A DNA stretch of 64,000 bases from a virus: positions 1-64,000 of IMG/VR virus record IMGVR_UViG_3300036399_001571; one strand, given 5' to 3'. Position numbers and translations under genes: made by a program. Under the pieces are notes generated by a model, which saw nothing but the letters and a program-made list of their open reading frames with translations, made no database searches and had not been told where the DNA came from. Positions 17,856 through 28,409 of this stretch are shown here, one piece after another. Numbering within the stretch: position 1 is the stretch's first letter; each line of letters opens with the position of its first letter.

Positions 17856-19316
17856 ATGCCCGGTGTAGTCATTTCAACAGCAGTAAGAACAGGTCCATCA
17901 GCAACAACGGTTCGCGAATCATCGCAGCTCTTTGTCGTTGGCAAAGCACAGCGCGGACCAGCCGACGAAGCAGTACTCATCGAGAGCATTGCTGACTTCG
18001 AAGCGAAGTTCGGTGGTTATCTTTCAAGCTCTTACTTGCACCCAACAGTCGAAACATTCTTTGAAGAGGGTGGCACACAGTGCTACGTTGCTCGTACAGT
18101 AGGTGCTTCTGCAACAGTCGGAACTCTAGACCTTGATGACTCCTCGTCGACAGCTGTTTTGACGATTGACGCAAACGGACCTGGCACATGGAGCGCCGAC
18201 GTAGATGTTGAAGTTGTCGAAGTTGTTGCTGGAACATCATTCAAAATCAACCTCCACTACCAAGATGCTCTTGTTTACTCAACTGGAACTGTCACATCAG
18301 CAGCACAGGCAGCTGGAAGAATTAACCTCAGCGCAGTAGCAACTCAGTATGTTTCTGCATCAGCAACAGAAGGAGCAACAACTCTTCCCGATGCGCTTGC
18401 AAAAACTGCACTTTCAACAGGAGCTGCTGGTTCAACTGTTGTTGTTGGTGACTATGTCTCATCGCTCGATTTGTTCAACGGAGCTCTTGGTTCAGGAGCT
18501 GTTACTTGCCCTGAAATTTCAAACTCAACAATGCACGATGCATTGATTGCTCATGCAAACACAAACAGCAGAATTGCAATCTTGCATGATGTTGAAAACG
18601 CAAGCATTGCAGCTGTCAAGGTGACTGCAGTAGCTCTCCAAGGCGGAGACAATGCAGAACATGCAGCACTTTACTTCCCATGGATTGAAGTTCCAACAAC
18701 AATCAATGGCGTAACACGCTTTATCCCACCAGTTGGATATGTTGCTGCCAAGCGAGCAACCGCACATAATCAGACTGGTTCACACGTTCCAGCTGCAGGC
18801 TTGCTCTCAGCATCACGTTTTGTTACTGGCGTAAAGACAGACATCGACAAGACAAACGGAGACTCACTCGATGATGCTGGTGTTAATGCAATCAGAATCA
18901 TTCAGAACTCCGTAAGAATCTACGGCGCACGTTCACTCTCGACAGATGATGAGAACTTTAGATACATCACAGCTCAAGACACCGTGAACCATGTTGTTAT
19001 CGAAGCTGGTAGAAGCCTCGAAGACCTCGTCTTCAGCACGATTGACGGAAGAAACACAATCTTCAGCGCAATCGAATCACGCCTCATTGCAATTCTTTCC
19101 CCGCTTCGCGACATTGGAGCCTTGTTTGAGGCTTACGATGCAAACGGAAGAAAGATTGACTCAGGTTTCACCGTCAGATGTGATGCAAAGCTCAACCCAG
19201 TTTCACAGCTTGCCGGTGGCACTGTGAAGGCAAAAGTTGGTCTTCGCGTGAGCAGCGTCGGCGACAAAATCGAAGTCGACATTATCAAGTCAAACCTTAC
19301 GGCGTCAGTCGTCTAA
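17856..19316 (+). CDS. Tail sheath protein
   Basis: MPGVVISTAV N-terminus, ALYFPWIEV, PPVGYVAA, GVNAIRII, IYGARSLS and RYITAQ. Confidence 0.93.
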   Translation: MPGVVISTAVRTGPSATTVRESSQLFVVGKAQRGPADEAVLIESIADFEAKFGGYLSSSYLHPTVETFFEEGGTQCYVARTVGASATVGTLDLDDSSSTAVLTIDANGPGTWSADVDVEVVEVVAGTSFKINLHYQDALVYSTGTVTSAAQAAGRINLSAVATQYVSASATEGATTLPDALAKTALSTGAAGSTVVVGDYVSSLDLFNGALGSGAVTCPEISNSTMHDALIAHANTNSRIAILHDVENASIAAVKVTAVALQGGDNAEHAALYFPWIEVPTTINGVTRFIPPVGYVAAKRATAHNQTGSHVPAAGLLSASRFVTGVKTDIDKTNGDSLDDAGVNAIRIIQNSVRIYGARSLSTDDENFRYITAQDTVNHVVIEAGRSLEDLVFSTIDGRNTIFSAIESRLIAILSPLRDIGALFEAYDANGRKIDSGFTVRCDAKLNPVSQLAGGTVKAKVGLRVSSVGDKIEVDIIKSNLTASVV

Positions 19317-19330
19317 CGGAGGAATAAAGC

Positions 19331-19804
19331 ATGCCAAATACCAAAGTTTCGCAAAGGCAAGTACTTGGAAGTATTGTGCCAATTAACCAGACTCACCCTA
19401 AGTGGACAAACTTTAAGTTCGCTCAGGTGTCTGGTGGTGAAATAACAGCCTCCGTTGAGAAGATTTACGAAGGCGGAAAACTTCGCCCGACAGTTCTTTG
19501 TGCTCCATCAGAAATTGGTGACATCACATTGACGGCTCACTACGACTCAGATAGAGTCGCTTCAGAGCTCGGAACTGGAATTGCAGAAAAGATTGCCCGT
19601 CTCCGCCCACTTGTTGGTCGTGCAGAGTACGACGTGACAGTGCAGGTTTACGACTGCGACCTCGCAGTGCCTGGTACTGACCGCGTCTACTACAAGGCCC
19701 TTCTTGTTGGAATCACTGAGCCAGATGGTGACTCATCATCAGGCGCACCAGCAACATTTGCTCTGACATTTGCAATCCAGGACGTTGAATCGCCAACAGC
19801 CTAG
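19331..19804 (+). CDS. Tail tube protein
   Basis: Follows the sheath; GGEITA, EIGDITLT and FALTFAI. Confidence 0.8.
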   Translation: MPNTKVSQRQVLGSIVPINQTHPKWTNFKFAQVSGGEITASVEKIYEGGKLRPTVLCAPSEIGDITLTAHYDSDRVASELGTGIAEKIARLRPLVGRAEYDVTVQVYDCDLAVPGTDRVYYKALLVGITEPDGDSSSGAPATFALTFAIQDVESPTA

Positions 19805-19870
19805 TTTCTTTAAAACTAGACAAAAAGTAGTTGCACTAGCTCCCACTATCTATGTGGTAGTTTTTGCAAC

Positions 19871-20416
19871 ATGAGCGACAACAGCCTTTACAGCACAGAA
19901 GTAGAAGTTCCAGTTTCACCAGCAAAAGCAAAGCAGGCTAAAGCAGAAGCCGCCCCAAAGAGCGACACTGCATTAGACCGACTTCGTGAGGTTATTACCA
20001 AAAAGGTAGAACGCACGGTGGTTTTGCTTGAAGTACCAGAGCGCCCTGGTGTTCATGTTCGCATTAGTCCGAACATCACCCAGAATCAAATGCGCAACTG
20101 GCGTAAGGCATCTGGTGAAGATTCGCGAAATGGTCTTGATGCAACAAAGTTTGCATGCATGGTTATTGGACACACAACTGTCGGTATCGAAATTGACGGT
20201 GAAGAAGTTTTTGATGAGAACGGAAACGAAATCACTTTTGCTTCACCACTTCTCCTTGAGATGACAGAAACATCACGTCCGCTTCCAGATTGCGTTCGAG
20301 CATTCTTTGGTGTTGACCCACACGTTGAGGCTGCTGCATTGGCAATTCTTGATGCATCTGGCTACTCGGATACGGTTGATGCCGTGGACCCCTCGAAGGG
20401 GTCTTCGACGAACTAG
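19871..20416 (+). CDS. Tail assembly chaperone (G)
   Basis: Canonical position between tube and tape measure; ends VDPSKGSSTN. Confidence 0.75.
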   Translation: MSDNSLYSTEVEVPVSPAKAKQAKAEAAPKSDTALDRLREVITKKVERTVVLLEVPERPGVHVRISPNITQNQMRNWRKASGEDSRNGLDATKFACMVIGHTTVGIEIDGEEVFDENGNEITFASPLLLEMTETSRPLPDCVRAFFGVDPHVEAAALAILDASGYSDTVDAVDPSKGSSTN

Positions 20417-20589
20417 TCGATTCGCCGGAAATTAAAACGGCCGCCAGACTTGGCGAACTATTCGGAACAGACCCCATAAAAATCCTTCAATCGGATGACA
20501 TTGACTGGATGATTAGGCTTGCCTGTGCTAAAGTTATATCTAACGACCGCGAAGAGCAAGAGCGAAAGTCGAAGACTCAGCAGGCATAA
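20380..20589 (+). CDS. Tail assembly chaperone -1 frame extension (T)
   Basis: Open -1 frame of 69 codons plus stop (..FDELVDSPEIKTAARLGELFGTDPIKIL..QQA*) overlapping the end of G, with no start of its own near the 5' end. Confidence 0.7.
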   Translation, partial: CRGPLEGVFDELVDSPEIKTAARLGELFGTDPIKILQSDDIDWMIRLACAKVISNDREEQERKSKTQQA

Positions 20590-20652
20590 ACTGCATAGCT
20601 CGGCCGCTTTTACACTCACGTGACTTAAAAACTCACATGGAGCAGTAAAGGT

Positions 20653-23600
20653 ATGGCAGACGAAAAAATCGTCATAAAAATTGATGTAGACGCAAGGACT
20701 ACAGCTATTGAAAAGACGACGCAGGCGGTTAAGCGTCTCAAGCGCGAGGCTGGGAAGTTCTCATCTGGGCGCAGCGACGTAACTTCTTATCTAAACACAA
20801 TGGATAAGAGTTTAACAAAAAGCACAAGCAAATTAAAAAGACATTTTGACTTCATAGATAAAGGGGTCAAAGCTTTTGGTGGTGTGTTAAAGAAATTTGT
20901 GTCTGTAGCCTTAAAGGGAATCATCCTGGAAATGGCCGCTCTTGGCGCAGCGATGCTTGGTGTCCACGCTTTATTTGTCGCTGGCAAATTCTTAGCCAAG
21001 GCCTATTCGGGGGCGATGCAGATATTAGCCGGAGGTGCAGCAGCCGCCACGGTTGCCATTGCCACTGCAGCAGCTGCGATAAGGGAACAGCAAGCTGCTA
21101 TGTACGCATACCGCGGGAAAGGCGCTAAAGAACTTGGTTCTGGATTAGACCAGGCACGAGCAGGAATGCGCGCCTTGCAAATGGATGCAGACCTAGCTGG
21201 TCTGGGTGTAGCTGCACTGAACAAATCGTATGCAGTCATGTCGAAAACAATGAGCACACCACAAATCAATGCAAGTACAGGTTTGTTCAAGGGTCTTATG
21301 GACTTCGGTTCTGCTGGTCAAGACCCAGCAGCCGCAGCAGAAAAAGTTGCGGCAGTAATTGAATCTCTTTCAAACTCAAAGAAGAGTCTTTCTGATGTTA
21401 AAGCTGCCGCAAATGCTGTTGGTCCAGAAATGGCAGAAGCACTAAAGAAAGCAAACGTAAAAACAAAAGACCAACTTAAACAATTGATTATGTCTGGAAA
21501 GCTTGCTGAGTTTGGCGGTGTTGCCGGGCAGTTTGATGCTGTTAACAATACTCTTATTGGTAAAGTCAAAACATTTTTTAACTTAGTAAAAGGTCAATTT
21601 GCTGACTTCGGACAGCAGTTTCTAGAGCCAGCAAAAGTAGCAATGCAGAAGATATTCAATATCATCTCTCGCGACCTAAGAAAGTTGATGGTTTTAACAT
21701 CCGATTTTGGCACCGGAACGTTCATGGACTCACTTGTAGCTGGTGTCGACAAGGTCAGTTCATTCATGGTCAATGTCATTGAAAAATGGCTCCCCAGGAC
21801 CCAGGGGTTCTTTACCAAAATAAGTAACTGGTGGAATTCATTTACCGGCGGCTGGAAGAGAATGGTCGATTCTATGCGTCCGTTGATTGATGGCGCGCGT
21901 GTTCTTGAAAAAGCATTTTCACCAATTTGGGCAGCGATAAAACAGGGCGGAATCGACAACCTAAACAACTTCAGAGAAGGACTAATTGAAAACGAAACCG
22001 AAGTTCTTGAGTTTGGGAATAGGGTGGGCGAACTTATATCTGGTATTTCAGATTTTGCCCAAGGTCTAAAGAAAGCATTCTTCGATATATTGCCAATCAT
22101 CAATGATGTTGTTGGTGGTCTCACCATGATGTTTAAGCAAGCAGCTGGATTCATGACGATGTTCAGCGGTAAGGGTGCCTTTCTTAGTCTTCTTCCAATC
22201 TTGACCATGTTCCTTGGTGGCAAGAAAATGGGGGCGACCAAGGGTGGATTCATGACTGCTGGGAGCATGGGTCTTCAGAACATGAACGTCAATGCACAAA
22301 ACGTGACGATAACAGGGACTGGTCCTGGTCCAGGTGGGCCACGTGCTCCGACACCAGGGCCTGGTACGCCAGGTTTTTCTAGCGGCAGAACAGGTGGGGC
22401 TCCAGTCCCACCTGGATACACGACCACATCAACTGGTCTAATAGTTCCTAGCAGTCCAAGAGTTATCCCTGGAGCACCTGGTGTGAGCGGAGCGCTTCCG
22501 CATACCGCTGCAGCATACGGTGGCCCAACTGCAACGGCACAACAAAGCGCGGGTATGCGGCCAGGCGTTCACTCGTATGGTGCAAACTTCGGCGTAGCAA
22601 ATGCATTTGTTCCTGGAAATTTTGCAGAAGGTAAAACTGGTTTTAGAAAAGGTATTGGGCGATATAGGGATTTTGCCATGAAACAAAGATACATGCGCAC
22701 ACAATCGGCCTATGGTTCAAGCCTCTTTGGGAACGAAGCACTTGGCAAAAAGGGCATCAATAACAGCATGACTGCAAAAATGGGAACCGCAATGGCTCTC
22801 AGTACTATGAGTCAATTTGCACCAGAAGAAATGCGTGGAGCAATGGCTCTTGGTGGCGCTGTTGGCGCATTTAATCCATTGGCCGGAATTGGTATCGCTG
22901 GAATTGGTGGAGCAATGAAAGCTCAAGGAGCAGGAAAGGGCGCACTAGCAGGAGCTGCTGGCGGTGCTGCAATGGGTGCATTCTTTGGTCCGGCAGGAAT
23001 CGCGATAGGCGCAGGAATTGGTCTTCTTGCTGGCGGAATAATGGGTGGTGTAAACGAAGTTAGACAACGAGCAAAAGAAGCACGCGCTGCAATTAAGAGC
23101 TCTGTTGGAAGTGTTCTTACAGGGATAATGACAGAACGTTCAATTGAATTTCAAGACAACCTCAATGCAGTGAACCGTGGAGGAATAACAACGGGTCGTC
23201 GCGGCTCACTTGAAGGTGTTGGCGCTGATTTCATTTCAAAAATGGCACCACTGTCAGAAAAAGCAAAAGATGCAAATCGTACGCGCAAAGGCGAACGCTA
23301 CTCGGATGTTATGAACTCAAACATCACAACAGCGGCAATGCTCAAGACACCACTTGCTCCATTGGGTGTTCTGAGAGCAAAGGTTCGCGTAATGAGCGCA
23401 CTAATCCCAGACATTATGGACGTTGGTTCTCTGATAGGTAAAATACCTGGTGCCGGGAAATTAAACAAATTACCAGGTGTTGGTGCTATAAAAAGCACTA
23501 TTGGGATGGATGTAAAAACAGCACGAACTGGAAGAAACGAAGCTTTCATTCAAGACCTGTTTGATAATCAAGCCAAGTATGGCATGAAGATGACAGAAGA

Positions 23601-25113
23601 TGAACTGAAAAAAGCTCTTAAAGACCCACAGAATTCAGTTCAAGAATTTGTAAAGCAAATAGAAGAACGCGGTGAAGCTTTCAAGATGATGGACGATGTC
23701 AATAAAACTCGCCTTGACACTCTTTCAAAAATGAGCGGAAAAACAAAGCCTGAACTCGAAGCTTTGGCTAAAAGCCTTGGTGTAAACCTGTACGACGCAA
23801 CATTGAAATTTGACGACCTGGTAACAAAACTGAAAATAAACATGCTTCGCTCTGCAGAAGAAATGAAGGCTGCACAGACAAATGCGTTGCTTGACTCAAC
23901 TAGCCTATTTGATGATGCAATAAAGCAGATAGACGCATCATATGCAATTGACTCTAAGTCAAGAACCCTTAAAGACCAATTTGATGCAGGAAGCCTAAGC
24001 GATAAGAATCTTCTTGAGTATATGAAGACTCTCCCAGCAGACCTTGCTGCCGCATACGGTGGAGACCCAGTAAAAGCTTTCTACGAACTACGTAGGTCTG
24101 TTGGTTCAGAAAAGGGAACTCAGTTCCAGACCGGCGGCGCGCTGGAGGGCATGGCGGCAACGTTCCTTAATAATCCAGTCTTCCAAAAGTATATGAAGCA
24201 GTCAGAGGACGCGATGCTTGGTGAAGCAGCCACCCAGGTTGGTGGAGTCATTAACCAAGGCGACAAAATGGTCGACCCAGCATTAATCAAGCAAAAACTT
24301 GCAAGCATGGACCCAGCTAAGCAAGAAGCATTCATGGCAAAGATATCTGCATACGAAACAACCATGAATCTTCCAGGCACCGATGCAGCAACGCGTATGG
24401 CAAAAACAAAAGGTTCAGAAGCTCTTATGGCTGAACTTGGAATACCACTAAGTGCATTGGAGAAGATTCCAGACAACGTAGACGCTGCTGCGACCTTGGA
24501 GGGTGCAAGCAAAAACTTCAAAGATGCAGTTCAACAGTATGTTGACAATACATCTAAATTTTTCGGTCCCGATGCCGATAAGCCAGATTGGTGGTCAAAA
24601 GAAGCCATGAAAGACATCATGACTGGTGGAGATACATCTTCTCCAAGAGGCAAAGGCATTGGCGATACAACAGCATCGCGCCTATCACAAACGATGAGCA
24701 GACATGCGGCGATGAATGGGCAGCTGACTGGAACAAGAAATATTACGTCTGCTTTCAGAACATTTGGTCTTGGCTCTCCAAGTTCCGACCATGCAACGGG
24801 AAGAGCTTACGACCTAACCGGACAGAACCTTGGCGCATACTCAAAGCTTGTTCATGCAAATGGTGGCTTTGCTGAGTTCCACGGCAACAACGCGAACAGA
24901 CATCTCCATGTTGTTCCTGGTCCTGGAGCAATGGGTGACACATCAGTTCCTTCGTTTGGAAGGATGCCACAATCAATGCCTGGTCAGAGCGGTTCAAGTA
25001 CTACAAACAACATAACCGTGAACGGCGCTCCTGGTCAATCCCCTGAAGCAATCGCTGCTGCAGTAATCCAAAAGATTGAAGCACGTGAAAGAAATATCAG
25101 GGAGCGTAGATAA
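20653..25113 (+). CDS. Tape measure protein with C-terminal M15/LAS-type Zn peptidase-like domain
   Basis: 1486 aa, Ala/Gly-rich and helical; SDHATGRAYD...HLHV near the C-terminus. Confidence 0.9.
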   Translation: MADEKIVIKIDVDARTTAIEKTTQAVKRLKREAGKFSSGRSDVTSYLNTMDKSLTKSTSKLKRHFDFIDKGVKAFGGVLKKFVSVALKGIILEMAALGAAMLGVHALFVAGKFLAKAYSGAMQILAGGAAAATVAIATAAAAIREQQAAMYAYRGKGAKELGSGLDQARAGMRALQMDADLAGLGVAALNKSYAVMSKTMSTPQINASTGLFKGLMDFGSAGQDPAAAAEKVAAVIESLSNSKKSLSDVKAAANAVGPEMAEALKKANVKTKDQLKQLIMSGKLAEFGGVAGQFDAVNNTLIGKVKTFFNLVKGQFADFGQQFLEPAKVAMQKIFNIISRDLRKLMVLTSDFGTGTFMDSLVAGVDKVSSFMVNVIEKWLPRTQGFFTKISNWWNSFTGGWKRMVDSMRPLIDGARVLEKAFSPIWAAIKQGGIDNLNNFREGLIENETEVLEFGNRVGELISGISDFAQGLKKAFFDILPIINDVVGGLTMMFKQAAGFMTMFSGKGAFLSLLPILTMFLGGKKMGATKGGFMTAGSMGLQNMNVNAQNVTITGTGPGPGGPRAPTPGPGTPGFSSGRTGGAPVPPGYTTTSTGLIVPSSPRVIPGAPGVSGALPHTAAAYGGPTATAQQSAGMRPGVHSYGANFGVANAFVPGNFAEGKTGFRKGIGRYRDFAMKQRYMRTQSAYGSSLFGNEALGKKGINNSMTAKMGTAMALSTMSQFAPEEMRGAMALGGAVGAFNPLAGIGIAGIGGAMKAQGAGKGALAGAAGGAAMGAFFGPAGIAIGAGIGLLAGGIMGGVNEVRQRAKEARAAIKSSVGSVLTGIMTERSIEFQDNLNAVNRGGITTGRRGSLEGVGADFISKMAPLSEKAKDANRTRKGERYSDVMNSNITTAAMLKTPLAPLGVLRAKVRVMSALIPDIMDVGSLIGKIPGAGKLNKLPGVGAIKSTIGMDVKTARTGRNEAFIQDLFDNQAKYGMKMTEDELKKALKDPQNSVQEFVKQIEERGEAFKMMDDVNKTRLDTLSKMSGKTKPELEALAKSLGVNLYDATLKFDDLVTKLKINMLRSAEEMKAAQTNALLDSTSLFDDAIKQIDASYAIDSKSRTLKDQFDAGSLSDKNLLEYMKTLPADLAAAYGGDPVKAFYELRRSVGSEKGTQFQTGGALEGMAATFLNNPVFQKYMKQSEDAMLGEAATQVGGVINQGDKMVDPALIKQKLASMDPAKQEAFMAKISAYETTMNLPGTDAATRMAKTKGSEALMAELGIPLSALEKIPDNVDAAATLEGASKNFKDAVQQYVDNTSKFFGPDADKPDWWSKEAMKDIMTGGDTSSPRGKGIGDTTASRLSQTMSRHAAMNGQLTGTRNITSAFRTFGLGSPSSDHATGRAYDLTGQNLGAYSKLVHANGGFAEFHGNNANRHLHVVPGPGAMGDTSVPSFGRMPQSMPGQSGSSTTNNITVNGAPGQSPEAIAAAVIQKIEARERNIRERR

Positions 25114-26699
25114 TGACAACCGGAGATACAGTTGGTCCGTACTACACGGGCTCAATACATTACAGAGTTATTAGAAGACTCAGCTATCTAGACGCTCTCA
25201 GCAAATACCAGGGATACAGAATTTGGGGCATGTTCAAAGTAACTGATTCTAGGTTGGCAAAGCCCGATGAGCCATTGGGTGCTGGTTGGCTTCGACTAAA
25301 TAACAAACAATATTGGAATCCATTTCCATTTTATGCAACAACGCACGTTCAAGAGTATTTTGCTGGAGACGAATACACAACTCAGGTGTATGGGTCAAGG
25401 CCTGTTGGGCCGAATCTAACTGACCCAAGTGGTGTTGATGTTTCAAAACTTGGAATTGTTAATGCTCAAAGCCAACCAGGTTACAAATTTGTTGACCCTG
25501 GGACATCAAGACTGTGGGTCTCTTCTATATACAGAGCAACATTTCAATACGTCCAATGGGAATCAATCAAAAACACATCTCAGGCAATAAAATCAAAAGG
25601 CATAAATCCATACGGAGGAACAACAGTCCAAGTATGGGTCAAGGTGACCGGAACCGGAACAAGTACAGAAACCGGACTGACGTACTGGTATCACCCTACA
25701 TTCCAGGCGTTTTATTCAATACCTCCAAGTGTTGATTATTTGATTGGCGCTGTTGGGAATGAAACTACAGACTCTCTTAGAGAGGGAAAAATACTTTCAC
25801 TAATAGCTCAAGGAAACACTAGAGCACAGGCAATTGCTCTTATCGATTCGAAGACCGCAGGCCCAGGTTCACCTGGAGCTGGTGGCGGTGCTGGGGCAGG
25901 AGGGGCAGGAGGGGCTGGGAATGGGAATGGTGGGAATCAGAATGGAAGTCAGTCAGAACAGTCTGCTGGACCAAAAGCTGCAATAAAAGCAACAGTCAGA
26001 GTGCGCGGGAATTTCGGATTCGTAGCCCCAGGAGAGCCAGAGGGCGGAGAACCGCAGATGGTTCAGTACTACAAGTCTGGTGACAGTCAGTTACAGACAA
26101 CTGCTAGACATTATTTCCTGCCAAAACCAAACCAGGTTAATTATCAGAACCTTGGTTCCGAATGGACAGAGATAGAGCGAGTTGGAAGAATTCCATTGGT
26201 CGACTGGAAAAACTACAGACTAATGAAGGTTTCATTTCAGTTTTTAGTTATTCCAGACAATACATATAGAACCGGTGCATTTGGAGAAACAGCAGACGAT
26301 GGAATAACGTTCTCAATTGATGAAAAGTTGGAAAATCTTAGAAATATGGCGGCAAGGCCGTACCCGGTAATACTTTATGGATTTGATGACCTTTTGATAA
26401 ATTCGAATCCATTTTCTATGTCAACCGGTGCAGGCGTCCAGTTTGTAATAAATGAATTAACAATATCTTCTCTAATCAGAACAACAACAGGCTCGATAAA
26501 TAGAGCAACGTGTGACATAACTCTTCAAGAAGTACCAATTGAATACATCAATATCATTTCATTGCCAAAACTCGTTCCTGGACAAATAATCCCTCCTCCG
26601 CCAACCCTTGTCCCACCAGCATTCGGAGAGAGAGACTCCTTCCTAGACAGAGTGCAAAATTATGGGAATCCATTCAAGACAACAACGCAGGAACCATAG
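25113..26699 (+). CDS. Baseplate/tube-initiator-like protein
   Basis: Follows the tape measure; C-terminal tube-fold-like segment (P.QVNYQNLG.EW.EI.R.GR.PL, RATCDITLQE). Confidence 0.55.
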   Translation: MTTGDTVGPYYTGSIHYRVIRRLSYLDALSKYQGYRIWGMFKVTDSRLAKPDEPLGAGWLRLNNKQYWNPFPFYATTHVQEYFAGDEYTTQVYGSRPVGPNLTDPSGVDVSKLGIVNAQSQPGYKFVDPGTSRLWVSSIYRATFQYVQWESIKNTSQAIKSKGINPYGGTTVQVWVKVTGTGTSTETGLTYWYHPTFQAFYSIPPSVDYLIGAVGNETTDSLREGKILSLIAQGNTRAQAIALIDSKTAGPGSPGAGGGAGAGGAGGAGNGNGGNQNGSQSEQSAGPKAAIKATVRVRGNFGFVAPGEPEGGEPQMVQYYKSGDSQLQTTARHYFLPKPNQVNYQNLGSEWTEIERVGRIPLVDWKNYRLMKVSFQFLVIPDNTYRTGAFGETADDGITFSIDEKLENLRNMAARPYPVILYGFDDLLINSNPFSMSTGAGVQFVINELTISSLIRTTTGSINRATCDITLQEVPIEYINIISLPKLVPGQIIPPPPTLVPPAFGERDSFLDRVQNYGNPFKTTTQEP

Positions 26700-28325
26700 A
26701 TGGCAACTTTTCAATACGTAAGTCCAGACATTGGTGCGTATTCAGGGAATCTACCAAATACTGCTGGAAAGATTTCAATTGGCTCACTATCCGATGGCGT
26801 GATGACCAACATAGACCACTCCATCATTTCGGTAAGCGTTGATTACTCCATGAATGAGGCATCCCAGCTGAGCTTCGATGTGATTGAAACAATGAATACT
26901 GATTTTTCACAGATTGCAGAAGCTGAGAGAACATATCCAAGAGTTCTTGAATTTGCACAAAATAATTATTTTCAAATCGGCAGAGATGTAATATATGAAA
27001 CAAATACCCTGAATGAGATAAGCAATACAAACAACTCTGGAACAAATTTAATAAAACAAAAACAACTTTTTGAGATTGCAAGCGTAACATTTACCCAGGG
27101 TCCTGGCGGAAGTCCAGTATGGCAGGTTAAGTGTTTTACAAAAGCAATACAACAGATGAAGAGAGACAGAAAACCAGGCACGGTAAAAGGAACTGGAAGT
27201 ACATTTGTAAAAAATGCAGCAAGAAAATACGGGCTTAAGTACTTTGGTGAAGAAACATCAAAAAAACAGACCGTAACAAAAGCATCTGGAGATAAACAAG
27301 CCGACTCGCTATGGGACGTTCTAACCAGACTTGCGCAAGATGCAAAATTTGTTATTTATGAAGTCGATGGATTCTTGGTGTTCGCTTCAGAAAAATTCCT
27401 TATGCATAAATGGGGTATTGACAGTGGTGACACTGTTCGAGTTTGGAGTAAAAAAGAAAAAAAGTTTAAAACAAAAAGCACAAAATACATACCGCTTCAA
27501 TACCCTGCTGTCGGCAAAGGGACTCCTGGTTATTTTTTTGCTATGTCCTACCCGACTATAAATGTGTCAACAAATGACCCCAGGTACGGAGATGGCTCGA
27601 TAGTTGTTGATAGACAAAACGGAACTCAGATAAGACCAGGAATGACAGCGTATGTTGGTGATGTTCCAAGTCTGAACGGATACTACCTAATTGACTCGGT
27701 GGGCTTCACAGACAGAACACCAGACCCGGTGACTGTTAATTTCAGAAAACCAACACTTGAGAAAAAAGAAGAAAAAGAACTACCAGTAGGAGTTAGGTTT
27801 CTTCAAACAAATGCTGAAAGACCAATACCTACAAGGGTTGCAGCAGCCGCCGTACCATATCCACCAAACGGCGCATACTTTCCGCTTCCGACAGAATTCA
27901 CTGAATATGATTTTCCATCTGTCTACCCTCGCATGAAAAGCGGTTTGGTGTCTATCGGCAACATCCCTCTTTACTCGCGTCCAATACTGACGGTAAATGG
28001 TGAACCCAAAACTACATTTTCAATCACGATATTCCAAAAACCAGATTTAACAATTAATCCAAATGGATGGAAACCAGGGAATACTGCGGTTCTAATAACA
28101 CCAATATGGACTGTTGGTGGATTTGCGGTAGAACTAACAGAGGCAGAGGCAATTGCTAAGTATCTGTCTGATGGATTGTTTTTAGCAAAACTTGACAGTC
28201 CTGCAAATGCATCAAAGTATGCAGACTTTATCCATAGGCAGCAAGTAGAGATACTGAGAGTCAGATTTCCAGAAATTGATTTCTATAACGGTGGCGTCTA
28301 TCCCAATACGGCTGGTTTGACATGA
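26700..28325 (+). CDS. Baseplate hub (late control D-like) with extra C-terminal domain
   Basis: SLWDVLTRLAQDAKFVIYEVDGFLVFAS, IRPGMT..V, and GYYLIDSV. Confidence 0.7.
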   Translation: MATFQYVSPDIGAYSGNLPNTAGKISIGSLSDGVMTNIDHSIISVSVDYSMNEASQLSFDVIETMNTDFSQIAEAERTYPRVLEFAQNNYFQIGRDVIYETNTLNEISNTNNSGTNLIKQKQLFEIASVTFTQGPGGSPVWQVKCFTKAIQQMKRDRKPGTVKGTGSTFVKNAARKYGLKYFGEETSKKQTVTKASGDKQADSLWDVLTRLAQDAKFVIYEVDGFLVFASEKFLMHKWGIDSGDTVRVWSKKEKKFKTKSTKYIPLQYPAVGKGTPGYFFAMSYPTINVSTNDPRYGDGSIVVDRQNGTQIRPGMTAYVGDVPSLNGYYLIDSVGFTDRTPDPVTVNFRKPTLEKKEEKELPVGVRFLQTNAERPIPTRVAAAAVPYPPNGAYFPLPTEFTEYDFPSVYPRMKSGLVSIGNIPLYSRPILTVNGEPKTTFSITIFQKPDLTINPNGWKPGNTAVLITPIWTVGGFAVELTEAEAIAKYLSDGLFLAKLDSPANASKYADFIHRQQVEILRVRFPEIDFYNGGVYPNTAGLT

Positions 28326-28409
28326 GCAATGTGAAAATTATGAACCTTCATTCAATTAAGCACTTTAATGTAAACTTTACTTGTCAAACTCAAAGAAACA
28401 AGGCTTAAC

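Noticed and set aside
21594-22268. Long antisense ORFs (also 5486-6131, 15594-15881, 32307-32777, 47935-48417)
   Set aside because: These are shadows of well-supported genes on the opposite strand, with no RBS or domain signal.
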